A stretch of DNA of 64,000 nt from Bispira polyomma (lineage: Eukaryota): the NCBI GenBank assembly GCA_965649765.1, contig OZ287761.1, positions 15,748,001 to 15,812,000 of the forward strand. The letters are read 5' to 3'. The notes below the pieces were generated by a model. That model was not told the DNA's origin, did not search any database, and was given only the letters and a program-made list of their open reading frames with translations. Below are positions 50,540-62,863 of this stretch, one piece after another (positions within the stretch are counted from its first letter, which is position 1; every line of letters begins with the position of its first letter). Made by a program: the position numbers and the translations under genes.

Positions 50540-50816
50540 TCATTTATGCAGATCAAGGCCATGATACCCATTTATACACCTGGGTAGAGGTGGACAACTT
50601 TGTGTAAAGCACCTTGTCCAAGGGTACAATCTCCAGGCCTGCAGTAAGGATCGAACAAGGGGTCTGAGATCACTCGGATCCAAAGGCCTGCAGTGAGGAT
50701 TGAACCAGGTCTCTGAGATCACTCTGATCCAAAGGCTTGCAGTGAGGATTGAACCAGGACTCTGAGATCACTCAGATCCAAAGTCCGACACCCTAACCAC
50801 TAGGCCACAGAGACCA
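50540..50816 (-). mobile_element. CORE-type tRNA SINE with a triplicated 49-bp B-box segment
   Basis: A-box TGGCCTAGTGG, three GTTC(A/G)ATCC units at 50635-50783, CORE-like GTACCCTTGGACAAGGTGCTTTAC..CCCAGGTGTATAAATGGGTA. The 3' end may extend to about 50420. Confidence 0.8.
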
Positions 50817-51014
50817 CATAAATGTGGTACATAGGTGATACAAAACTCGACAGAGTTTTAAGTTAAAAAATCTGAGCCTAAACTTACTAAACATACTCCA
50901 TTGAATATATTGTGAACTAATAAGTAACAAATATTGTGAATTAATAAGGGACATAAGATCTGCTTACTGATTTTGAGCAACAGAAGTGTAAGTTTAGATT
51001 TAACTAAATGTGAA

Positions 51015-51265
51015 TTTGAATTTGGATATTTAACGTCCACTCTAGTACCTTTTAGTAGGTTATATTGGGACGGGTAGTTGGAAACGCTGGAGGAAACACT
51101 GCATACAGTCGGTCAAGGTTCTGCGGAGAAACCAGCGGCCCACGGTAAGGAACTACCACCTTTCCCACATAGGCATCGACGGGATTCGAACTCACGCCGC
51201 CCAGAGGTGAGAGACCAGTGAGTGTGAAGCGCAATGCTTGCTAACCACTAGGCCACCGCGGTGCC
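51015..51265 (-). mobile_element. tRNA-derived SINE family A, full length
   Basis: A and B boxes present, with a tRNA-Leu-like head (GGTCTCTC..GGCGTGAGTTCGAATCCC). 15-bp TSD TTAACTAAATGTGAA at 51000-51014 and 51266-51280. Confidence 0.92.
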
Positions 51266-52107
51266 TTAACTAAATGTGAAACTACATGCATGTTTAAATA
51301 GAACTAGAAAAAATGTCTTTAATTTTACGGAGAATTTATCCAGACATTTATAGATAGCACATTCCACAATACCTTTTGATTATCAGATGTTGTTCTAAAT
51401 CTTTCACAACAAATTTTACAACATGATCATGCCGCCATCATTGACCACAGAAATATTTACCGTTTTTATATGTGTATTTATACTAAGCTAAAAACTTCTG
51501 ACTAACATATTCAAAATATGTTAGTTCAGTTGTTGAGAAAATGATCTGCCCTCAAAGTGAATTACAGAGATAGAAACAGTTTGAGAAAAACAACACATTT
51601 GTTTAAAATAAAAATCTAGCCTCAGTCAGGATTATATTCCAGGCTTCTATTTGTCCAAACTAGAAACAGTCATTCAACAGTAAAGACTGTATTTTTGTTC
51701 AAAATATGCCACCAACTCCTAATTTACTGTGTTACCAAAAAATTAGTAACATGTTGAAATTGAGGACGGTTTAAACAAAAATTTTAAATAAATCAACGTT
51801 TGATGATATGGCAAAGAAAATTAAAGTTTCTTGTGTTAGGTTACTGAGTTACGTTTGGACATTTGTTGTTGTAAATTATGGCAAGTTGTATATTTTTTAC
51901 TGTACCCGAATATTATCCAATTTTGTATGGGTAAAATTATGTCCAAAAAGAGAGAGAAAGCGATATGTTTACTTGTTAAATTTTCCCGATGGTCACTTGC
52001 TGATTTCGGAGTTTGTAATCCCATGCAATGTATTTATTGTCATTTCCAGTGACGATCAATTGTTAAGTGTACACTTACTACATGCGTCAGTAGTAATTCG
52101 TGTTGCT

Positions 52108-52498
52108 CTAGACCGAATAATCTGTCCCCATTTAGTGAGATTCCTTGCTGTTTTTTTTGCCTACGGACTCACAAAAAGGGACAGAACGGCTTTTATCAGC
52201 TAAACGTTGTAAATTTAGTCTGACGTAACATGGCTGATATTGTTGTTTCAATGATTATGATTTCGTTTATATTTTATATTAATTGATCTGTACCTTGTCG
52301 GCAGAAAATAAGACTAAATCAGCAACTATATCATAAATAAGGAATGAGGCGATGTTTTTATTTTTACCAGATTCTGTTTTTATAGTTGCCGATTTTGATT
52401 TACAAGGTTTACCTTATGGAAGGTGTTCTTTTTTGTGCGTCCGTCGGCAAAATAACAGCAAGGAATCTTGCTAAATAGGGACAGATTATTCGGTCTAG
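52108..52498. mobile_element. MITE with ~70-bp TIRs
   Basis: CTAGACCGAATAATCTGTCCC..GATTCCTTGCTGTT and its reverse complement at 52428-52498. Confidence 0.85.
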
Positions 52499-52710
52499 TT
52501 TTGCTCCTACCTTGTCATCTTTTAGAAGCAAATTAAAACCTTACTTAGTTGCTAACCTCAAGGCTTTTCCTCCCTAATTACATATTCATTCTGGCATCTC
52601 TGGATACGACCGGAAAAGGACGTTACAAGCCTTAAATGTGATCACAATAGATGCACCTTATAATCCACTTAAGGAGATTATGTGCTGTATAAGTTTGATT
52701 AAATTAGATC
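52499..52710 (+). mobile_element. 5'-truncated 3' end of a LINE related to the 26-29 kb element
   Basis: Translates APTLSSFRSKLKPYLVANLKAFPP*, against AQTFSSFRSKLKAYLFEQAFPP* in the full element. The 3'UTR has the matching blocks TCTCTGGATACGACC and GCACCTTATAAT..GATTATGTGCTGTATAAGT, then a GATTA-like tail. Confidence 0.85.
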
Positions 52711-53214
52711 AGTCGTTATCAGTGGTTATCAGATATGTATAGTAAATGTGCTTATTTTAAATATGTGTATATTTTCGCTCTAGTTACGTATTGGTTATGT
52801 TTATTGACCTATTAAGTGATAGACAACAAATACATGTTATTTTATGTAGATGTGTTTTTTATTTGTTATTCATAAGTGCAATAATGGGTGATATACTTGC
52901 AAACATTGTTCCTCGTACGTGATTGAAAACCGGCATAGGCAAAACTTTGTGGGGAAAATAACCCACCACCCACCCAAAAAAATAAATAATAATAAATGTA
53001 GATGGAATGATGTTTGTTTAAGTTACATCCACGTATGACATCATTGCCAATTTACGGCTTCTTGATTACTATTTTCCTCAAACTCAGGAAGTCAACAGGG
53101 TCCCAGACATGACCATAATTAACTTCATACATTTATTTTTACACGTTCATGGACTTTTCCACCCCAATTGTACATTTACATGTCCAAATACCTGTTGTCT
53201 GTAAAGTCATGAAG

Positions 53215-53430
53215 TCAGGGCCCCATATTCTTGAACATATACTGAATTGAAATCTGGATACTCTATAACTCTGGATACAGTCAAACACACCTAAAATCTG
53301 ACTTCATGTTTGAATTCAGTGTTGAAAGCTCTACTAAAATAAATGGTCTCAAGTATAGATTATTTCGACACAATGATTTACACACAACCTTGAGTGTGAG
53401 TTCCATAAGAGTTTATTTCGAGAATACCAG
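53215..53430. mobile_element. MITE family D
   Basis: Core and termini. Confidence 0.8.
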
Positions 53431-53954
53431 TACTTGACTTGATCAATGTGATGGTATTTTTTGTTGCTGTGCTAAATTACAATTGTTGTGGTGAAAATAA
53501 CATTTGAGTGGAGAAAATCCTGATTAAAAAAAATGTAATTTTTAGATAAATCCAGTTCTAGGATAATTGTTTGTGCAAAGATATGTTGCCAAAACACTGG
53601 TGAATTTTTTTAATTTAGCAAATAGCTGAACAGAACAATTGTTTGCTGTAAATTTAAAAAAAGTTCTTTGAAGTGGATCAAATGGTTTTCTGTTTTACGG
53701 GCAGCTGGATTTGTTTCTGAATCAATAGGTTTTAGATGAAATTTTTTGCCCCGATGTAAGCAATATTTTAAAAATATGAAAATAGAGTCATACAATTGCT
53801 TAATAAATATGCTATAAATTCTTAAATAGTATGTCTAAACATATTGCTATGCTATAGCTTTATAGCATTAAATTGTGGACACAGCCATATTATGTTAACA
53901 CGATATATGAACGTAAGAAATACTAATACTAATGTCACCTCCAGCTGTAAGATA

Positions 53955-54190
53955 TTGAATTTAAATGTAGTTTGGTTGTACGACAAGTTAAACAGCTTAG
54001 CTCATATCACAATGGCCAGATTTAATAGTGGAAGAAATCAGTGCTGAAGCCACTGTGTAAACTACCGCTCTATGGCAAGTGCCTCACAAACTTTGCTACA
54101 TGAAGGAGCCAACAGGATTCAAACCCACATTTGTGGGAAGCTAGTGATTGTGAAGCAGGCAGCTTAACCATTAGGCCACTGCGGTCCCAT
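53955..54190 (-). mobile_element. SINE family B
   Basis: Aligns with 21071-21306. Confidence 0.82.
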
Positions 54191-54204
54191 TCAGGAGACA
54201 ATAC

Positions 54205-54476
54205 AAGTGACTGGTTAAAAAAGATCACTGACTGATGTTTTCATTGGTTACAGGAGATAAGTGAATGGTGTTTCCATTGGTTACAGGATATCAATGACTG
54301 GTGTTTCCATCGGTTACAGGAGATCAGTGACTGGTGTTTCCATTGGTTACGGGAGATCAGTGTCTGGTGTTTCCATTGGTTACGGAGATCAGTGACTGGT
54401 GTTTCCATCGGTTACAGGAGATCAGTGACTGGTGTTTCCATTGGTTACAGGAGATCAGTGTCTGGTGTTTCCATTG
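54205..54476. repeat. 33-bp minisatellite, about 8 copies
   Basis: GTGACTGGTGTTTCCATTGGTTACAGGAGATCA. Confidence 0.93.
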
Positions 54477-56133
54477 AAGAGATGTTAAGGTTGATTTTAG
54501 TGATGAAATAAGAGTAATTCTAGAACAAAAAGTGGATTGCATTTCAATTATCTATACATTTGGGTTTTGTTTCCAAAGTGATTGGTGATATTGAATATCT
54601 GACCTCAAGAATAACACAAAAACAGTCTGGACTTCATTCAAACTACAGAGCTCTTACAAAAACCAGGAAGGGTTTAAGATTATAAACTGTGTTTTTCCTC
54701 TCAGCTTAAGATCTTAGAAAGCGGAGGAAACCAATAAGACTTGGAAATCACGGGACATTAATTATACACAATCAGCTGTTGATAAGCTGCTTTCACTGGC
54801 TTGCCTTGAAGTCCAAGTGAGTGGGTTCCAACTAATTCCCGCCTATTCTCCTGCCACTTTTATGTGCTATATGTCTTGGCAGACAACATTTGTCCCTAAT
54901 CGTTGTCTATCACCCTCCCCTTTTTGATGGGAGAGTTCCACAACCATGCAAACTTAGACCTGTGACATCACCAACTGTCAGACCACATATTTTAGGTTGC
55001 CAAGCTTTAATGAATAGATGTTTTTTTATATTTTCCTTCACAGTATATGTATACCTATCCATTTTTGCTTCTGCCATACTTCTCCAACATCCGTCTCCCC
55101 CATCCGTAAAATTTTAAATCAAAGCAAATAGATAAGTAGAATACACCTGGCTTACGTGGCCTCCGAATCGGGAGTCAAATTGTCTTTTTTAAATAACATC
55201 CTCCACAGTATTATACGACGGTATAAAGGTACATTTATGCATATATACATACGAGTATGTTAAAATAATATTATGGTTCATGTTTTGTATAAGTTTGTCC
55301 GATATTTAGAACAGGATAAAAAAGGTTTTGAATTTAACCAAGAATGTATGAAACATTTATAATCAATTAATAAAGCTTCTTTACAGAATGATTTTGATGT
55401 CTCATAAATTTGAGATGGCTACATTGTTATGGATTATGTTGTAATTAAATAACTATTTGATCAAAAACTTTACATAATGCAAAAGTTTCACTCTAGGCAT
55501 TTCCAAGGCTCAAGAATTAAAACCAATTTGACAATAGTAAGGTAATTTTGGAAGTAATGGAGAAGTATTAAAATGAATTTTTATGGCCATTTTTGTAATA
55601 AATATCAGGTCACATGACCTAATGTTACTTGCTAAAGAGATTCATACGAGAAAAATGTGTAATTTTGCTGTTGTATAGTCGGTGTATGTGATATTGAGGA
55701 GCTCCCCAATTCCAGGATAGGTGTTTGACGTTTGTGTTATATTTAAAACAGATTTTTATTGGTAAAAAACAGAAATATTGTTAGTATAATTAATCAACAA
55801 CAATATAAACAGATTGGCATATTAAAATTAATGTTTTATAGCGAAATACCACTACCTACTACTACTTCTGAACACTAGCTATAATGCTTGAGCCTTTCAA
55901 CTCATTGGCCAACGCAAACCTGTGATTCTTAAGGTATAGCACAACCTTAACAAGGCCAATGAGTACAGTAGTCCGTCTTCCGGTCAAAAGGGTCACATGA
56001 CCCCTTGTTTAATTTATTATTTTTGTTGTCGTTGACGTCCTCAATATAGGGCACACCAAGGATATATAGAAAATTGCCATTAGATAATTTTATCATTTAA
56101 AGGATAATACATAATGCTATTGTTTTATAACAA

Positions 56134-56302
56134 CACCGTCACACCCCTTTAAGTAGAATTCTCAAAAGTGGAACTAACTAGAACTTATTTTTAGGTCCCA
56201 TTGCTATATTTCAAATTAGAATGTACCCTGTTAAGTAGAATTTCTGATAAGTAGAACAAATTTATGGTTCCTTGAGATTTGACTTAACAGGGTTCCACTG
56301 TA
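56134..56302. mobile_element. MITE, same family as 39971-40148
   Basis: CCCCTTTAAGTAGAA...GGGTTCCACTGTA. Confidence 0.75.
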
Positions 56303-56765
56303 ATATCGACATGGAGCGGAAAAATATATTACAATTTTTAGAAGACCTCAAATTGGTTTTAAGATTAAGTATCGTATTTCTGTAATATCTGGCCAGGGAA
56401 AATAATGACTTGATGCCAGTAAAAATAAATGACATACCAAAACAAATACAGTAACTTTGACAATTGCATTAGGCAAAGTACCCCAGAACACCCTATAGGT
56501 AGCTCCAACAGTTAAATACATGTTATAGGAAACAATACCAAACTTTGAGATTGAAAATAAGAGGAATACGGAATCTCTCGTAGTTTACATATATTACCGT
56601 AATAAAAGTCACCGCAATAAAGGGAATAGAAGTGGAGTGGAGTGGAAAGCGAGATTACATTTTAGAGTTTCTACTAACCTGTATCAAGGCTACAGAGATC
56701 ATCTCTAACTCCTAGAATTTAAATTTGAATTTATTTCTGTTTCTTTGTCACTTTCAAACATTGTA

Positions 56766-56947
56766 TACAGTAGAACCTCTATTATCTGAACATGTTGGGA
56801 GAGACACCAATATTTTGTTTGGATAACAGAAGCTTCAGAAAAACAGAAGAGGCATTTTAGCATAAAGCAAAATATGAAAAGATAAATTTAGGAGAGTGGA
56901 AAAGTGTTCATAAATTAGAATGTTCAGGTAATAGAGGTTCTACTGTG
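56766..56947. mobile_element. MITE with TIR TACAGTAGAACCTCTATTA (Tc1/mariner-like)
   Basis: Inverted termini. Other copies at 18445-18633, 40890-41300 and about 42624-42800; a related copy at about 63497-63724. Confidence 0.82.
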
Positions 56948-58277
56948 CTGATACATTCCCTTTGTATATTGGTCATGACTGTCTGAATACTTAAATTCAT
57001 TAACCTAAGGTCACCTTAAACATCTTAAGGTAACCTTATATTAATCCTTAAACTTTAACCAAATCTCCAGTAACCTGGTGCCCAAGTTAAGGTGAACTTA
57101 AAGAAATTAAGGTCACCTTTACTTTCCATATACAAGTCTGTACTCAAATGGTGTTGTATATAACAATGCATCAGTAGATTTTAATAAAATATTTACCCCC
57201 AAGAACTAGCTTTGCTATCAAGGTCAAACTAAGGTCAGAGACTTAAACTGTCCAAGTAGAATGGAAGATAAGACTAGATTTTAAAAGTCTTTGCTAATCT
57301 GGATCAAGGCAGAATGAGTGGAGCTCACAAAATTCAAATTTTCCACACTTGAAATAAATCTGAACCTTGTAAAAGAATCTCTTGCTTTGGGATTACTCTT
57401 TAAAGCCTCAAGAAGACTAATCACATCTGCAAAAATCTCACAATAAGATAGATGCATTTGTCTTTCTTTTTGGCTGTGCTCCTAAATTTTATAAAATTAG
57501 ATTCCTGTGCGTCTGCCAATTTTTTTCCCTTCAGCAACACTTCACTAAAATTGTGTGTACCCAAATTACTCCCTAAAACAAATCTGTATTATTGCCCCAC
57601 TTATTGATTGACCCGCTGATAAGGAAAATGTTTGGAGAAAAATCCAGCATTTACAGAACATGTTTTGAGTTGATCTAATTTACTTTAGCGAATATATAAA
57701 TATTAGAGTAAAGAATCAGTAGGCAAATCTGAAATTTGCCACTTTGTCTGCAATTTGCCAGCTAGAAAATGTGGTGTTTTTTAGTAGAATTGTGGGTAAT
57801 ATTTCCTGAAATTGAGATTTTTGAATTTCAGTTATTTTTCATAGGAATCCAATATTCACAGGACATGTTTTAAGTTTATCTAATTTTCACATAATATAAG
57901 ACTTACGGAGAAGTAACAGGATTTGATTTTGGCCGAAAAGCTTCCGATTTTTGTCTTAGTCCCAGTGCCAGTAAGAACAGACTTTTGGCTAATGTTATAA
58001 CTTTGTTCTTAACACTACGACTAACTCTAGGGCAGTTTTAAATTTTAGACATAAATGTTATTAGACAGTAGGCGGTCTTGAATATTTTAGACATAAATAT
58101 TGTTAGGCATAAATGTTAAGGTTAAGACTAAGTTAAAAAAACTAAGACAGTTCGTTAGGTTGAAGTTTTGTAAAGTCTGACTGCAAATTTGAATTCAGCA
58201 CTAAAAGCTCTATAAAAATGAATGGTCAGAAGTTTAGGTTATCTCCATATACAAGATCTTCCACATAACTTTAATTT

Positions 58278-58340
58278 AAATAATAATAATAATATACTAG
58301 ATTTATATAGTGCCCTATCCATTTATAGAAATGCTCTGAA
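58278..58340 (-). mobile_element. Tail-only L2-type insertion inside a MITE
   Basis: Minus strand reads AGAGCATTTCTATAAATGGATAGGGCACTATATAAATCTAGTATA(TTA)n, a typical L2 terminus. It interrupts a family-D MITE. Confidence 0.7.
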
Positions 58341-58507
58341 CTATTTGAGTTAAGTCTGAGTTTAAATTTCTTTTGAGAATACGGCCCCTATTTTGTTGTT
58401 TATTTAGCGCAGATAACTGTATACTGAAACATTGTAACACATAGGACTATTTAAAATAATTTATGATAATTGATTTTAAGTGTGAAAGAAATTTTTGGAA
58501 AGATAAA

Positions 58508-58712
58508 ACAGGCTTGAGGACGAACTCCTTTATGTATGTCCCCAAGGTTCTTTAGCCTGCCACTTGGATTAGGAACCCAGTGACAGAGGACCACTATTTT
58601 AAGTGGTCATCTTCATCTTCATCCCCTATGTATATCCTGGTACCTGGGAGCACCAGAGTGGAACCCAGGTCCTCTGAGCTGCTAAGCAAGTGTATTAACC
58701 CACTAACCCACA
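58508..58712 (-). mobile_element. Deu-like SINE, degenerate
   Basis: Reverse match to 43060-43160 (CAGTGACAGAGGACC..TTTTAAGTGGTCATC), plus a decayed tRNA head. Confidence 0.65.
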
Positions 58713-58740
58713 TTAGTAGTGTGTATTATTAGTTTCTATT

Positions 58741-58883
58741 TTAATGCCCGCCTCCCACTTCAGCCACTTACAAAAACAATGCTCGTGCGTGTATGGCGAT
58801 TAGCTGGTTGCGGAATATCCCTCAACATGCTGGGTAAGCGGAAATAATCGCAAGGCCAACGTGAAAGTGGGAGGCTCCCTTAA
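58741..58883. mobile_element. Short TTAA-flanked TIR element
   Basis: TTAA..GCCTCCCACTT / AAGTGGGAGGC..TTAA. Confidence 0.55.
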
Positions 58884-58899
58884 GCTAGTATGGTTGTCT

Positions 58900-59110
58900 A
58901 CTGTGGCCTAGTGGTTAGGAAACTGGTCTGGTGATCATGAGGCCCCCGTTTTAACTCCCAGTAGGGGAAGATTGTTTGGTGATCGGAAGGTCATGGGTTC
59001 GACTCCTGCTAATGCTGCCACGGTAATTGGTGGGATAACATCCTTGGGCAAGATGTGAACATGCTGTTCCCTACTGATGATGACCCAGGCTATATTGTAG
59101 GACACATGAT
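58900..59110 (+). mobile_element. CORE-like tRNA SINE with a partly duplicated head
   Basis: A-box TGGCCTAGTGG, two TGGTGATC..B-box segments, and GGGATAACATCCTTGGGCAAGATG shared with 43012. Confidence 0.7.
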
Positions 59111-60151
59111 GGTTGATGGATCGATTGTTTTGCTTTACAAGATGCTTTACATTAATTGAAGTACGTAAAAAAAATGCAGTACAATAGAATAGTTTTTTTA
59201 CAAGGGTTGCATTTGTTACATAAAGGATATCTTGTTACAGTAGTCATGTTATATTGATTGACTTTTGTACATTTGATACCGTTCTGTTGTCAATCAGTCG
59301 CATTCTTTGTCATTATAAAGTAAGGTTCAATAGCGAAAAAGGACATGATTTCTCAGTAATAAAACAAATTAGTGGAATAGCTTTACAACGAAATTCTATT
59401 AGTGGGCATTTCTATAGACTGTGTGTCTTTGGCTGCTGACTTGTTAGGCCCTGGTTTTACAGTAATGACCGCTCTCTAGTGATATTCTCACCGAGTCCAG
59501 AGCTTGTACTCTCAAACGTATACTCAGGTCAAACATAAATTATCAATAACTCTAAAATCTGACTTAATATTTGAATTCAGTGTTGAAAGCTCTATTAAAA
59601 TGAATAGTCACAAGTATAGGTTATTTCCATGTACAAGGATTGTCCGAGAATCTGTCTCTAGAGGTCTCATTTCTTTCCATTTCCTCCCCCGAGTTTTTAT
59701 AATATGTTAACACACTACCACATCTTTCAGATTTTTGTTTGAGGTGAGGCCAAGTCCTGTTTTACTGACAAAATACCCATATGGACATAAGGAAATGGGT
59801 TTTGTATATGTATCTGAATTTAAACTCGAACTGCTAACACAAAAATTACTAACATTACATTTTATTGCGTAAAATGTACCTATCAATTCCTATCAATTGC
59901 TGTAACTGACTCCGCCACCGCCGGGAGTTCCAAATTGAGTCTTAAACTGGTGTCAGAAATAGTTAAAATGTTATCACATTTTGTTGAGGTTATTCTGAAC
60001 TAGGTTCCAGTGTTTATTTAAATAAAGGGCCATGTGTATAGTGATGTTATTAAGAGACATACAGGTCTCTGTGGTGTAAGGTCTTTTATGGATACAATTT
60101 ACACTTAATAGTCTTCCTGTGGCTGTACTTAGAGACCCTCTAAAGCTGTTG

Positions 60152-60385
60152 AGAGGACGCGATGGCCTAATAGTTAGAAGCTCTAAAATGCTTCACAATC
60201 ACTGGCCTCTTCACTAATGTGGGTTTGAATCCTGTTTGTTCCTTCATGTGAGAAAGTTAGTCAGGTACTTGCCGTAGGTCGATGGTTTACAAGTGGTTTA
60301 CAGTGACTTCAGCACTTTATTAAATCTGGCTGTCATAATATGACCTAAGCTGTTGAAAGCGACTTAAACCCATTCTGAATTTCAA
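60152..60385 (+). mobile_element. SINE family B
   Basis: Head, B-box GGTTTGAATCC, core and tail. Confidence 0.82.
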
Positions 60386-60493
60386 AGTTCCTCAGGAACA
60401 GGAAGGGAGTTGTAATGTTAAAGGGAAGGCAATAAGAGATTGTCGGTGATATATTTATTATATAAGGGGAAGTATGGTTTCACTGAGAATCAT

Positions 60494-60715
60494 GAGGCCG
60501 TGGTGGCGTAGCACCTGCTTCACAATCACTGGCCTCTCACCAATGTGGGTTTGAATCCTGTTTCCTTCCTTCATGTGGGAAAGTTTGTCAGGTACTTGTT
60601 GTAGGTCGGTGGTTTACAAGTGGCTTTAGCAATGGTTTGTTCCAACATTAAATCTGGGCGTTGTGATATGACTTAAGCTGAGAGCTCCGTAAAATCCACA
60701 TAAATTCCAAAATTC
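60494..60715 (+). mobile_element. SINE family B
   Basis: Second copy about 110 bp downstream of the previous one, in the same orientation. Confidence 0.82.
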
Positions 60716-61053
60716 TACATCATATCAGCTATTTCTGGACAATATGAAATCCTTGCACAAGGCCACTAGGCCTCTATTCTACATCTCTATAGTGTCAAGT
60801 TAGCTACTCCTCACAAGTTTGTCTTCTTACTCAGTCTGAATTATTAATGAGTCAAATGTGAATAATGAATAAAGAAATATGAGGAAAATAAGTGGTATGT
60901 TGTTATGAATGAAGAAAATATAATAGACAAGGGTTGTTCTGGTATTACGGTTACTTTAGGGTAGCTTTGTTTCCTGTGTATTGTTCGGTGAAGAGCTCAG
61001 TCTGAGAATCCTAACTTTAGTGTGGGAAAAAGAAAGAGATTTGCAAAATATTA

Positions 61054-61221
61054 TATGGTCAAACCCATTTAAGTAGAACTCTGCTAGGTGGAATAACCGG
61101 TTAAGTAGAAGTACAGAGAATTGTAAGGTCACATTACTATATTTCTAATTAATATTTACCAAGTTAAGTAGAACAAATTTTTATGGTCCCTTTAGATTCG
61201 ACTCAATAGGGTTCCACTGTA
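61054..61221. mobile_element. MITE, same family as 39971-40148
   Basis: Same termini and core. Confidence 0.75.
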
Positions 61222-62863
61222 AATTGTAATGGGAGACCAACAGAAGAGCCAATTCTTGTGAAAGAAACATGGTGTCATGAAAATTGAAATAGCTATGACT
61301 GACGCAGTGACAAATCATGAGGAAACAGCTCAGAGTGGAATGGTATTAACTCTTTTGACCCTTAGGTTGTTGGTGAGCAGCTCTGCCTGTTGGATGTATG
61401 CTATGTCAGTCAACACCCCAAACATATTATTATATTTTCCTTGTACAGTAGACTCTTTATAAATAAAACCTCAAATAGTCACAGGATATGGTTCTGGTTA
61501 TGGTTAACTTCCATTTATACCAACAAAAATACAGCATTTTCTGATGTTGGAACCTCAAAACTGGTTCCTCTTATATCTAAATTCGACTTAAACCGGTTCT
61601 ACTTATACAGTATCTACTGTATATTAAATAATAAATTCAGTGTAGGGACTTCTCCCTAATAGCCCAACGCAAATCTGCGCTGTTAATGTAATGCAACAAG
61701 GCCCACTGTGTGAACTATATGTAGCAGATATTGCCTTTATGCCTGGTTATAGTAGAGAAGATTTTTGAATCTTTCTTTGGGGAAGTCTTTGCACTGAGTT
61801 GATTCCAATAGGAAATTGCAGCAGATTCCCCCATTTAAAAAAAATTATACATGAGGCCGTTATTGAATGCCAGATGTAGTCTGTTGTGTGTGTTTTAGTG
61901 ACTCCAGCTATATGTAACCTAATAACCGAATATATGTACTTCAGTTCCAATCAATATTTTTATACCTTATGTTCGAAAGGGTTAGAGTTCTGAAATGTCA
62001 GTATTCAAGTATGCATTTTCTGATTCCGATGTGTTTAAGGAAGCATGTGGCACAGTATCTGCTTTAGAAAATTATCTTAGTTTATTCTTTTAAATATTAA
62101 CAAAACTTGTAGTCTAAAGTTAGGCTCATCTTTATATATTGTAGGATCGTCATTATTATAATTTCTTGCATGCAAAGTACATCAAGTCCACGTAACAAGG
62201 ACGCTTTTTCTCCTGCTGAATATATGTTGGCATGGTAACTTGAATCAGCACATTGTGGCATTGTGTCCTGGCAATCTCTCTCCATATAAGAAACTTCCAT
62301 GACGCAAACATGAAAACATTGACTGAAAGTTGCGATTTTGTGGTAACCCTTATGATATATTCTCAGTCATCAGTAGTTCTACAAGGTGCAAATTTTAGCT
62401 TTTAGTTCTGACTTGTGTGGTATGTAATAGGTGAAAATAATTGGTTTTGACTCTTAAAGCTGAGACAGTGATAATCACATCCCAGTGACAATATTAATTT
62501 GCATTGTTCATTAAGTGAAAAATTGGTCTATGGTATAATATATTTTGCGGTGAACATCTTGACAAAGTGCTATTTTGTGTCATTACAAAGTTCCGGATTT
62601 ATTGTTCTACAATATTCTCTGTGTATGTGTGTTAATTGCATATGCCACATGGCAGGTGGAGTATATATATATATAATATATAGCGGGGACCATTAACTAA
62701 AGGTATTGTAATAATTGAAAGTGACAATTGCTTTATATATAAAGACTATAGAAGCACTGACAAATGTAGGACTGAAACAACAAGTATAATATTTATTCTG
62801 TCTTAGTTTAGTAGTATGTAAACACCCAAGTAAGGAATGTTCTTTGAATGAATATTATGAGAA

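Noticed and set aside
51015-51265. tRNA gene (including tRNA-Sec, because of CTTCA in the head)
   Set aside because: The head continues into a SINE body and tail with TSDs, and the cloverleaf is not intact.
51808-52203. 131-aa ORF as a host gene
   Set aside because: It starts in AT-rich DNA, runs into a MITE TIR, and shows no domain similarity.
54205-54476. 33-bp repeats as CRISPR repeats
   Set aside because: The units are directly tandem with no spacers, so this is a minisatellite.
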